From Ruditapes philippinarum (lineage: Eukaryota): a DNA stretch of 64,000 nt. Every line of letters begins with the position of its first letter. Positions within the stretch are counted from its first letter, which is position 1. The notes below the pieces were generated by a model, which did not search any database, was not told where the DNA came from, and saw only the letters and a list, made by a program, of their open reading frames with translations. Below, piece by piece: positions 1 through 11,075 of this stretch. The translations under genes and the position numbers were made by a program. The stretch covers positions 372,001 through 436,000 of the forward strand of contig NW_026860464.1 in the NCBI RefSeq assembly GCF_026571515.1, read 5' to 3'.

Positions 1-445
1 TTTCACTTTTTCATCATCGTATAGTTTACTTTTCACCATCGTTGTTTCGTTAATTCGACTTTTCAGCATTGCACTTTCGAGTTTTCATCATCGTGATTAC
101 ACTTTTTTACCATCGCACTTTCGAGTTTTCATCATCGTGGTTTCGACTTTATATCATCAAAGTCTCGTATTTTCATCATCGTACTGTCGATCATGAAATA
201 TCGTGGTTTGCTATTTTAAATTTTCACCATCGTCCTTTCAATTTGTCATCATAATCATCATATGCTTTACTTTTCAACATCGTTGTTTCGTTATTTAGAT
301 TTTCCACCATCGTTCCGAAATAAGGAATCCATGTTTGTGAAAGGTCGGAAGTGCGAAAGTGAAATAATATCAAGTTTTCACCAACGTGTTTTGTTATTTA
401 GACTTTTCTCAAGTGTACTATCGACTTAAGAAATAAGGGAGCACC
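1..445. repeat. Degenerate ~22-bp tandem array (core TTTTCAYCATCGT), truncated by window start; probably the interior/end of a non-autonomous DNA element
   Basis: TTTTCA(C/T)CATCG(T/C)-like cores recur roughly every 22 bp from 1 to ~310, with degenerate copies to ~420. Confidence 0.7.
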
Positions 446-854
446 TTTATACTAATTTTCAATTATTTGAAAAACATTCACAATGCACGTATTCAGATTT
501 GCATGAGTTTGTAAATTTCTATTAAATGTAAACTATCTTGCTTATTGGTCTGGTGTTATAGTTATTGTATTTGATGTCTTATCAGAGGAGGAAACACAAG
601 AGAAGATCTGTCATTAAGCAGCTTAAAGATTTCTTATTTTTCATAATTCTTTCCCATAACCTGAAATGATTGATATTGTAGCTTAAAGCAACATGCCTCA
701 AGATTGTCATGAAAATTTTGAAAATGTTTTTAAAAGTAGTCTTTCGTTTAGTGAGCTTTTGCAGTGCAAATAGCACTTACAATCCACGTAAATTACAAAA
801 AAAGTAACACTATGCAAAAGTAACCCTTACTGCGTGATTCACGCAAATATTGTG

Positions 855-1048
855 ATAAATACTGGAAAAATCAGTTATTAATCGCACAAAAAATGTAAAT
901 CATTACTTCAATCTTGAGGGTTTTTTTTTTACTTTTCTTAAAATCATAGTATATTTTTCTCAAGATTGATTTTCTTCAAAATATTTGGCTAATGGGATAT
1001 GAGCAGAAAATTATGTCACATATGACAAATGATGTTAGGCCTTTTAAA
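855..1048. mobile_element. End of a TTAA-type MITE, partly shared with 34068-34220
   Basis: aaatactggaaaaatcagttattaatcgcaca...ttacttcaatcttga aligns with aaatacttaaaaatcagtcattaatcgcaca...ttacttgaatcttga; both end in c/t-rich terminus + TTAA. Confidence 0.5.
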
Positions 1049-1958
1049 TGACGGTACGTAATGCTAACCCTCATTCGCTTTTATATACTGAAAAGCAGCA
1101 CAGATTGTATAAAGTGTCTATTACTCTATAAGCAGGGAAATATTTAAAATTTATTAAAGTTAAAGACATTTTATTAATCGGTGTAGATACGGATGCTTGC
1201 TTATATGCGCAAAACTAGGATAGGAACATTTTTATTGGTGATCACTTTTTTACAAATAGGATTGTTTTTAATCAAGTTCACCATATTTTCTGATTTTAAC
1301 TATTTTATATATTAGAGAATAATACTAAGAAAGAAAACATAAAATAAATAGAATATTGATATACCTACTACATGTCCGCACCTATATTGTTATAGGCAAC
1401 TGTACTGATCTTTTGTATAAAGGCTTTGCTAGGTTTAAAATCCTTTAAGTATAGCACGACCTAAAATACAGTCACAAACTTATGAAACACATCACCAAAT
1501 CTCTTAAATTGTTATAGTATTTCATAAATGGTCAAATAACCGACAGGTTTCTGTAGAACAGCTACAGATGAATACTTATATATTTAGCGTCAAGCTGTAT
1601 TTGGCTTCATTTATATTCTCTTTATAAAACTACGACTATTTGTACGAACGTGGTACTATGAAGAACTGTGAAAATTAAAATAGAAGGCGAATATGAACAG
1701 AATTTCATATAGTATCGACTTTTGTTCTTCTGTGAAAATTAACACAGAAATGTTTTAAGAAATACAACTTTTTAATTGGATGAAAAATAAAGGTGAACAT
1801 TAAGTATATGTTTGAATAACTTTAATTTTTGTGTACGTTTGTGTAATACTGCTTACGAAATACGATAGTATATGTGGGCGTAAATATTTATATAATGATA
1901 CCAATACTTGTAGTTATCAATAGGTGTGTAATAAAGCCATTTAATAAAAGATAATAAA

Positions 1959-2100
1959 ATAGAACATTGTATTTGTGAAGATTTAATACTAAATCTATTG
2001 AACTCGTTGAATAAAAACCAGTATTATGCTCGCCAGATGATTCTATTCAACTCGTTCAGTATATTTAGTATTAAACCTACACTCATTCAATATCCTCTAT
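1959..2100. mobile_element. Short palindromic MITE; related fragment near 55300-55350
   Basis: Imperfect inverted halves (aatactaaat.tattgaac..gttgaata / tattcaac..gttca.ta.atttagtatt); tattgaatgagtgtaggttaaatactg at 55307 matches the reverse complement of its right end. Confidence 0.5.
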
Positions 2101-3550
2101 TTATATAAAACATATCCTATGACATGGGACGTTTCAGTCGAATATTTTTAGTTTAATAGTTTATTGTCTCATTCCAAGCATGTCATATATACAATACATC
2201 ACAATGTTCAATCATATTAAAAAACATGTTGGACCAATCTCGATAGATTTATAAGAGACATTTAAAAACATGATGATACTGGTAAAATATATTCTATAGC
2301 TAAAAACCAATTTACTTTATAACCAAGTTACATGTATATATAACAGACATTTTTGCTTATTCCTTCATGAAAAAACAATATACTTCAAAAAATAATGCCC
2401 AGAATATTTGTGACAATACTACTGCAATTTACTTGTTATGTGAGTGAGGCCAAATATGTTCATACAAAAGTGTAAGTTTAGTGCAGCATACATGTATTGT
2501 AAATAAAACTTGCTATGTCGGTTAATAGGTAAGAAGCTTTGCAAAATGCTTTTAGCTAGTCGTTCTACTAACCAGTTATGAAATTATATCACTGCTGCTC
2601 CGCATTACTTCAAAGGTTTAACAAAATACCTCTGGGCGAGAAAATAAAATAACCGGTGTATGTGTAGCTCGTCAATGATGTAAGCAAAGTCTATTGTTGA
2701 ACCTCTATGACCTCGTGAAAGTATGTGTTATTTGTTGGTCGATTAGCCGGTGAAATATTTTGATATTCTGTACGAACGGGGTATATGTTATTTTCATGTA
2801 ATAAGGTGTGGCAGGAAATATTGTCCGACATCCACGAATGTGAGTAGCTTGTAAAATATATATCGTTATATTGTAATGTTCATATTCAACATATATTATT
2901 ATCTATTTATTTATAACAGAGTAAGTATTTTATTGCACGCTTCGTTGCTATTATTTCATAAGATTTTGTAGTGTATTTTGAAATATATACACAAATGTAT
3001 CAATAAACATGTATATGATGATAAAATATACACTATTGGTCGTTAAAAGTGATACACTTAAATCAGTGTATGATATATTTATATGATTTCGAAATAACTC
3101 TGCGTTTGAAGTTATATATCCCTAATTATCACAAGTGGGACATTTGACACCGGATAGCTGGCTTGTCTTAAAGTAAGTTTTCTTAACTTTATTTATGCAC
3201 TCTTGTTTCTGTAAAGTAAAGTTTCTTATTGTTTCTTTCTTATTGTTTCTTTAAAAATTTGATAATGATGATAACAATTTTTTTTAAAGTTATGACTTTA
3301 TCGAAATTATATATATCATACTTTAAAAATGAAATATCGGGATAACAAAAAAATAATAATATGCATATCGTTCAATCTGTGATGTTAATTTGCAACAGTA
3401 TCATGTATTATGGTTCAAAGGAAGGGTAGATAATTATTGGCTCCTATCCGACATCTTATAATTAACTAAATATTTCCTGATGCGTTCATCCGCCATCCGT
3501 TACGATGAAGGTAAAATTATTATACGAAGTGTAGTTTAGCTTATAGAAAT

Positions 3551-3720
3551 NNNNNNNNNNNNNNNNNNNNNNNNNNNNNNNNNNNNNNNNNNNNNNNNNN
3601 NNNNNNNNNNNNNNNNNNNNNNNNNNNNNNNNNNNNNNNNNNNNNNNNNNNNNNNNNNNNNNNNNNNNNNNNNNNNNNNNNNNNNNNNNNNNNNNNNNNN
3701 NNNNNNNNNNNNNNNNNNNN
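3551..3720. other. Assembly gap (170 N)
   Basis: Run of N. Confidence 1.
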
Positions 3721-3867
3721 CTTTTGATTATTCGTCAACATCAACATTATATTTTGTACTTATGCCGATAATTTTAAAGATAACTGGTTTATCATTTTAG
3801 AACAAACGACTTCCCATGTATCAGTTGCTACATAAATCATAGATTAATTTGTTATTGATGTTGCACT

Positions 3868-4314
3868 TGTCGTAAACACAATGAAAATAAGAGAAACACT
3901 TTTTCGTTTCTACTTTTAATATTCAATTTTTAAACACTTTTTTATCTTTACTTTTACAATCCACGAGTTTTTATCTCTCTAACACTTTTTTACTATTAAA
4001 TGTATTTTACATCAAAATCCTTTTCATATCTCAATCACTTTCCTTCTTACAATACTTTTTAACACACACTAAACTTCTGTGACCATGCGGTCGCTATTTA
4101 TACAATGTTATCATGAAAAGCACGTGAATATGTTTGTGGCGGGAATTCAATGGCGGGAAAGTTAAAAGGAGCAATGTAATATAATAAGACTTTGGCGCGA
4201 AAACCAAAGGAGCAATAAACGGAGTATCAACATACAATAAAGTTTAAAGGAGCATATTCAAAGAACAGCATTTAAATACCAAGTATTCATTACATAATCG
4301 CTATGTTAGCGACG
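3868..4314 (-). repeat. 3' LTR of BEL/Pao element
   Basis: 447 bp, about 98% identical by eye to 10322-10768; ends ...TTTACGACA on minus strand; first base is C rather than T (CGTCGC). Confidence 0.96.
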
Positions 4315-4323
4315 CTCCCGCCA
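4315..4323 (-). other. Polypurine tract
   Basis: TGGCGGGAG directly abuts the 3' LTR on the minus strand. Confidence 0.75.
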
Positions 4324-4579
4324 TAGAAAATGAGCATACAATATTTATAGTAGAAAACACAATATGTATGTTTTTAAGAAAAATGATTAACTAGAGCTAA
4401 TTATTAAGATTTAGAAACATCTATTAACAATGCACATTGTTTAATGTCAAACAATTAAAGACTGTTTTCGTGTCTCTATTCGATTCAGGATGTATTGTTT
4501 AATGATTTAGAAACTAAACATATATTTATTTTATGAAATATCATCGTTATTTACATCATTGATTTTTTTTTTATAATTT

Positions 4580-7500
4580 TTACTTAAAATAGTTTTTAAT
4601 TTTTTGTTTTGCAATTTCCGCTGCCGTTCTGTTTGATACTTTATCTGGTTTCTTTTCACTTTTCTCACTGTTCGTATCCCCTTTGTCATCAATAAATGTG
4701 AGATTTTTATCACATTCAAGAAGATAAAGTAAGTTTAAAGGTCTGCCTATCAGTCTCTTCGGAGGTAGCTGTACTTTAGCAGATCGAATTTCTCCATCAT
4801 TACTAGTCACTAACTCCACAATGCGACCAATTTTCCAACTTCCTCTAGGTAAGTTTTCCTTTATTTGCACAACATCACCCATACTCGGTATTATTTTGGC
4901 ATTAATCCGTCCTGATTTTAATTGAGTCTGAAGGCGCTCTCTTAAACTCACAAGGTACTGATCACGCCAAATTTTCCAGAACTCATTCAGTAATCTTTGT
5001 CCTTTTTTCCAAATCTTTAACAGTTTTTCAGTTGAACTTTCGACAGGTAAATAGTTTTCATCACCATCGTCGTCTTCTAAGTCTGGTACACCGGTGTTTG
5101 GATTTAAAGTTAAAAAATGCCCAGGTGTCAAAGTGATGTTAGAAGATAAATCATTTTCTTCGTAAACTAAGGGTCTCGAATTAACAACGGTTTCCACTTC
5201 CTTGATAAGTGTTTGAAGTTGAATCATTGTAAGAAGTTTTCGTCCTAATGATTTTCTTAGTGCACTTTTAACTACCCCAACTAACCGTTCACAGAATCCC
5301 CGGAGCTAACTCAACAATGAAATTCCAACGAATGCCCTTCGAAGCTACGTATGACATTACTTCATTACTTTGCACTACGTTTTTCCATATATGATTTATG
5401 ACTTTACTTGCAAGTTTAAACTGAGCAGCGTTATCAGAAACAATCTCGATAGGAGTGTTTCTTTGTGAAATGAATCGTTGCAAGCACATCAGGAATTCTT
5501 CTGTACTTAAATCCTGAATCACTTCCAAATGAATAGCACGTGTTGTCATACACGAAAATAAACATATCCAGACTTTTCTATTACCATTTGATGTTTTAAT
5601 GTTCAAAGGTCCAAGATAATCTAATCCAGTTCGTGAAAATGCACTTGACTTTTGTACTCTTGAACTGGGAAGTGGGGCCATAACAGGCATTTTGTATGGG
5701 CCTCCATCGTAGCGGCGACACACATTACACTTATTTAATGCTGCTTTGACCGCTGAACGACCGCGAGTTATCCAATATGTTTGTCTTGTTCTGGATAGCG
5801 CATGTGATATTCCATAATGCATACACTCTTTATGTGCCCTTTGAATCACTAGTTCAGTAAACTTTTCTTTGTGAGGTAGAAGAATAGGTTGTCTTGCTCC
5901 TTCTGATAAGCAAGAGTTCCCTAAACGCCCAGTACAACGCAATAATCCATTGTTGTCGATAACCAGTCCAAGTTGTCTTTGTAGTCCGGACGGCTTTTTC
6001 TTTTGAATATTCTTATAGTCCTTATTATAAATATTCCTTTGAACATAAACTATCCACAAATTTTCAGCTTGTCGTAAGTCGTCACAAGTTAGATATTTTG
6101 CATCATCCTTTACATTTTTGAGTTTCCTAATGAACTTTAAGACAAGAGCTGTAACACGCAACAACTTTGTCAACGTTGAATATCTTTGAATGTCAATTCC
6201 ACAAGGTGGTACAATATCATGTTTTGTTTTGCTTTCATTTTCTTCGACATGCAATGAAACACATAGTTCTTTTTCATCTTTTTCTTGCTTTAATTCCATG
6301 TTAATAATATTGTCGTGATTTGTATTCCAGTTTCGTGGACTTTCACAACACCAAGTGGGACCGTTCCACTAAAAAGAATTGTCCTTTAAATCACTCACCG
6401 ACGAACCTCGAGTTGCACCGTCAGCTGGATTATCTTTTGTGTCTACATGAGCAATAATCACACAATTATTGTTTTTGATTTCTTTAACTCTATTTTTCAC
6501 AAATACGGGAAGTTGCTTTTTACTATTAATCCAGTCTAATGCTACCTGAGAGTCGGTCCAAAGGTATTCGTGAGATATTTCTATCATTAACTGTGTCTTC
6601 ACAAATTTCAAACACCTAACACCTATAAGCACTGCCATTAGCTCTAGTCTTGGAATAGTCATTTTCTTGACTGGAGCAAGACGTGTTTTGGCAAAGATCA
6701 AGTTTGATTTCACATAAGTTACATTTTCTTGCTGTAGATAGATTGCAGTGGCATAAGCCTTTGACGAAGCGTCACAAGAACAAAGCAAATTGTATTTTAC
6801 ATATTTGTCTTGAGAAACGATACTCAGGCGTATTTTGATGTCAGATAACAACCTTAGCTGATCGCTGATAAATGACCACTTATCGAGCACATGTTCGTCT
6901 GTTATCTTTGTATCCCAGTCGAAACCACTTTCCCACATTTCTTGAAGCAACATTTTTCCATGAAGAATGACTGGTGACACAAGACCCATGGGGTCAAATA
7001 CTGATGCTATTCCTTTCAGTACGATTCGTTTTGTCACTAATGAACGGTTTATATTCGAACATACAGATTTTACTGACAGAATATCTGATTTTATGTCCCA
7101 AACATGTCCTAGAACCTTAGTTTCAGTTTCAGTGGATCTGTCAACCTCTGGAATAAGACTGTTTACTTTTTCACTACTTGAACTCCACTCCCGAAGATTC
7201 ATTGAAGCGTCTTTAAACATGCTTTTCGCTTCTTTATACAAGTCTACAGCTTGTTCATCGCTGGATGCTCCGGTTATAATATTGTCAACATAAATGTCAT
7301 GTTTCAGCTGTTCTGATAGTTTAGTGTCATAAGCATTCAAATGAGCCTCAATCGTTGCACTCAGAAGAAAAGGGCTTGAAATAATCCCAAACGGTACTCT
7401 ACAGAAACGATAAATTTCGATGTTGTTTGGAAACAGTGATGGTCTTTTTGTGTCTTTAATCCAAAAGAATCTGGTTACATCGCGTTCTGAGTCTTGCAAA

Positions 7501-10151
7501 CCAACTTGAAGAAACGCCTTTTCGATGTCCGCAACCATTGCCACTCTATGTAAACGAAATCTCATAAGTAGCCCACACAAGTCCTTGAGTAAAACAGGAC
7601 CTCGAAAAAGACACTCATTCAAACTCTTTGATTCTGGTGATATTTTTGCCGACGCATCGTTAACAATCCTTAGCTTTGTTGTTGACTTTTGTGGCATGAT
7701 AACCGCATGATGAGGAATATAGTGATGCATATATTCCTTGCCTTTCCCCGAGTCTTGAACCTTCTCAATAACTCCTTTTGACCGTTGGTCTTTTATAACA
7801 TTGTTGTATTTTTCTAGCAGGTCAGGTTTGTTTTCTAGTCTTTTCAAACACGACTTAAGTCGTCCAATTGCAAGTCCTTTGTTTTCGGGTAAATCTGGAT
7901 TTTCTTCTTTCCATGGCCAGGTAACACTGTATCTACCATCCTGAAAGGTGAGTGTGCTTTTAAACTTTCTCATTGATAACTCATCATCATTCATTTTGTC
8001 TTTGTCACAAATGCCTATAACCTCTTTGTTCCTAAAATCCTCTAGATCTTGAATCGAGTTTTTACAAGAATCGATACCACAGAATATTCCTTTGTTTATA
8101 GTTGAATTGTTAACACTTCCGTGTGTGAGAATGAGCATGTTTGGTTCCTCTTTCTCTTTTAATTCTGAGTATGACCTTCCTGTTAGAATCCAACCGAGTT
8201 TAGAACACATCAGATACAATCCGGGCTGAACTTCAATCTTTTGTTGAAGTTCAATGTCTAGGTAATGATCATTTCCGATCAAAAGTTCTATTTGAGATGT
8301 TTCATTTTTGTCGGGAAACGTATCAGCTAGATCCAAATTTTCTGCAATATCTCTGAATTCTTTCAGGACTTGTTTATTCAGTGACTTTCTATGTATGCTT
8401 CCACTTATCACTGGTACAATGTTTGCTTTAAGACATAGCTTTTGTCCATTTCTTAACTTTAAATTGATGGAAGTCACGTGTGTCTTTATCACTCTAGCAT
8501 CTTTACTGCCAAATGGAAACACATGTAACTCTTCGACATACTGCTTCTTTAGTCTTAATTTGTCAGCTAGTGACTGTGTGATATATGTTCTCTGAGAGCC
8601 ACAGTCAAGAAGAATTCTTGTCTTGACACTTTCGTTAGATGTTGGGTTTTGAATATCAGTTAGCGCCGTCTGCATAAACACAGATTCTCCGTGAGACAAC
8701 ATAGCATTTTGTTCATTTTGCTCCATCGGTGAGATATTATTGATTTGCTCCGTTGCACTCATCTGTGATTCTTCTTGTGTTGTTTGTTTATATTTCTTAG
8801 GACACAGACTTCTATGATGTCTATTGAATTGATTACAGTACACACACTTTTTATTTGATTTGCATTCACGAATTCCATGACCATCCTTTAGGCAACGATA
8901 ACAACTATCTCTGATTCTGTTTTTCCGTTCTTCCAATGTTGCGAATCGAGTACACATGTCACTCCAATGATTCTCTGCACACTATCTACACACTGGCTTG
9001 TTATGAACAGTTTCATTGGCCACAAATGTGTCGGCACTGCTACGGAATTTCTGAAAATGATGTTGAATATGAAAATCTTTATTCCAAGTATTCGTTGGCA
9101 ATGCTCCGTCTTTCTTTATTCTCCTGTTCACTGAATTAAATTGACCTCCATGCACTCTATCACTCTTTCCTTTGTCAGACTTTTCACAAGCGGTAATGTA
9201 TTCTCGTAGGTGATCACGCAAACTGTCAACAGTCCACTCATTCTTTGCTCCTTTTATTATTTCCAGCTGCCGGAGCACATCCTCTGGCAGCTTTGTGCGA
9301 ATCATTGAAACAAAAACGTGTTGATTCACATTTTCCTTTAGTATCTCAAGACTGCGTAAGGTTTTTTCAACTTTATCCAAAAAAAATCGCAGGATTTCAA
9401 CCTTTGTAGTTGGTGAATGAACATTAAGCATTTCTTTGTAATGAAGATCAATAATCTCTTGTTTGTTGCCGTACCTCTCTCGTAGAATTCCGACTGCAAT
9501 AGAATAATTGTCGTTAGTACGCGCAAGTCCAGCTAATGCTCTCTTCGCTTCTCCGTCTAGTTTGCTTAGCAAATAATTAAACTTTTCTATGTTGGATAGT
9601 TTGGTGTTTCTGTGCACAATGGATTCAAAAGAGTCCCAAAATTCCCACCAGTTTATTTTGTTTCCGTAAAACATGTCCAAATCAAGTTTTGGTAATTTAA
9701 CTGCACTTGTATTTTTTCTGTCCGTTTGCATCTGCACCATCATTTGATGTTGCTGTTCAATTTGTGTCATCATCATCTTTTGCATTTGTTCTTGATATGT
9801 CTCTTTTTCTTTCTCATCATGTTTCAATGGTACAATTGACTCACAAAATTGGTCTAAATCAATGATACAATTTTCTACCTCGAAATTCAAATTGCAATCT
9901 TCATCTACAATATGTTGCAAATATTCTGAATCACTTTTAGTTAAACGTTCTGATAGTTTATCCATTTGACTCATCAATTTCTCAGAATAGGATTTCAATA
10001 GACTTTTACACCTTTGAACATCTTTTAAAAACTCAATATTTGACACTGCACTCACCTCACATTTCAGAAGGTCGTTTGCTTTTTGAAGCTCAGTTATCAC
10101 CACTTTTCTGTACTTCGTTCTCACTCCTTTCAATGAAGCAACAGTTGGCAT
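4580..10151 (-). pseudogene. BEL/Pao gag-pol polyprotein with two nonsense codons and one frameshift
   Basis: Starts MPTVASLK at 10151; Pao gag motif (KLPKLDLDMFYG..WWEFWDSF); three Zn knuckles; protease LLDCGSQRTY; RT DIEKAF/YVDN; RNase H CDAS/WTDS/DNPAD; integrase H..H..C..C, LDYLGP, SDNA. In-frame TAG at 8982-8984 (CR*CAENHWSDMC) and 6369-6371 (F*WNGP); small-deletion frameshift near 5300 (ELAP/GFCERLVG). Confidence 0.95.
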
Positions 10152-10296
10152 TTTGAATATATATTCAGGTTGCACAAACACAATTTTATCAGAACACTTA
10201 ATCGAGTAAAGAAATAATCCACTTTTGAAATGCACTAAACACCTTTTGTCACTTCTCAATTTTTATTTTCACTTCACACTTTACATCCACTTTCGT

Positions 10297-10314
10297 ATCC
10301 GGTTCGCGGGACCA
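10297..10314 (-). other. Primer-binding site, tRNA-Tyr-like
   Basis: TGGTCCCGCGAACCGGAT, 7 nt after the 5' LTR; resembles the complement of the tRNA-Tyr 3' end (TGGTCCTTCGAGCCGGA..) with mismatches. Confidence 0.75.
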
Positions 10315-10321
10315 TTTTCAT

Positions 10322-10768
10322 TGTCGTAAACACAATGAAAATAAGAGAAACACTTTTTCGTTTCTACTTTTAATATTCAATTTTTAAACACTTTTTTATC
10401 TTTACTTTTACAATCCACAAGTTTTTATCTCTCTAACACTTTTTTTACTATTAAATGTATTTTACATCAAAATCCTTTTCATATCTCAATCACTTTCCTT
10501 CTTACAATACTTTTTAACACACACTAAACTTCTGTGACCATGCGGTCGCTATTTATACAATGCTATCATGAAAAGCACGTGAATATGTTTGTGGCGGGAA
10601 TTGAGTGGCGGGAAAGTTAAAAGGAAGATGTAATATAATAAGACTTTGGCGCGAAAACCAAAGGAGCAATAAACGGAGTATCAACATACAATAAAGTTTA
10701 AAGGAGCATATTCAAAGAACAGCATTTAAATACCAAGTATTCATTACATAATCGCTATGTTAGCGACA
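10322..10768 (-). repeat. 5' LTR of BEL/Pao element
   Basis: TGTCGC...TTTACGACA on minus strand (TG..CA, TGTCG inverted termini), followed by PBS. Confidence 0.96.
10549..10656 (-). promoter_or_regulatory. Putative LTR U3 promoter: three E2F-type sites, E-box, TATA
   Basis: TTTGGCGCGAAA 10645-10656, TGGCGGGAA 10592 and 10606, CACGTG 10576-10581, TATAAATAG on minus strand 10557-10549; the same set is in the 3' LTR. Confidence 0.5.
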
Positions 10769-11075
10769 GCACTGTATCCTAAGATTTGTTTGTTAATAAC
10801 ATGAACTTTTGGTGCTTAAAAAACATTGTTGATTACGGATATGTAAATACTACTTCCAGCTCTCTTTTTATTTACAGAAATTTGTGTATGCCTTGAAAAA
10901 TTCAGACATGACACCTAAAATAATAAATAAAATAAGCTGGTATTTCTAATTGTAAGCTTTACTAAACGAACTACTAACAGTGGTAACATGTTTGTATATA
11001 GTTATCTGAACTTTTGCAGTTACTAGTAGTTCATAAAAAGGTTATAAGAGGTACAACTAACCGATCTATGAAGAA

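Larger units (their letters stand above)
3868..10768 (-). mobile_element. Full-length BEL/Pao LTR retrotransposon, 6.9 kb, coding-defective
   Basis: Two 447-bp direct LTRs, 5-bp TSD GCACT (3863-3867, 10769-10773), PBS, PPT, and gag-PR-RT-RH-IN order with Pao-type motifs. Confidence 0.97.

Noticed and set aside
2830-3180. 5' UTR exons of copy 1, which would place the Pao element in an intron
   Set aside because: Several GTRAGT donors are present but none can be tied to the gene without transcripts, and an assembly gap intervenes.
3541-3747. 68-aa ORF
   Set aside because: Artefact of the N gap.
8982-8984. In-frame TAG between Pao gag and pol ORFs as programmed readthrough
   Set aside because: It falls inside a Zn knuckle (CR*C, expected Tyr/Phe), BEL/Pao normally has one ORF, and the copy has a second stop and a frameshift; simple decay explains it.
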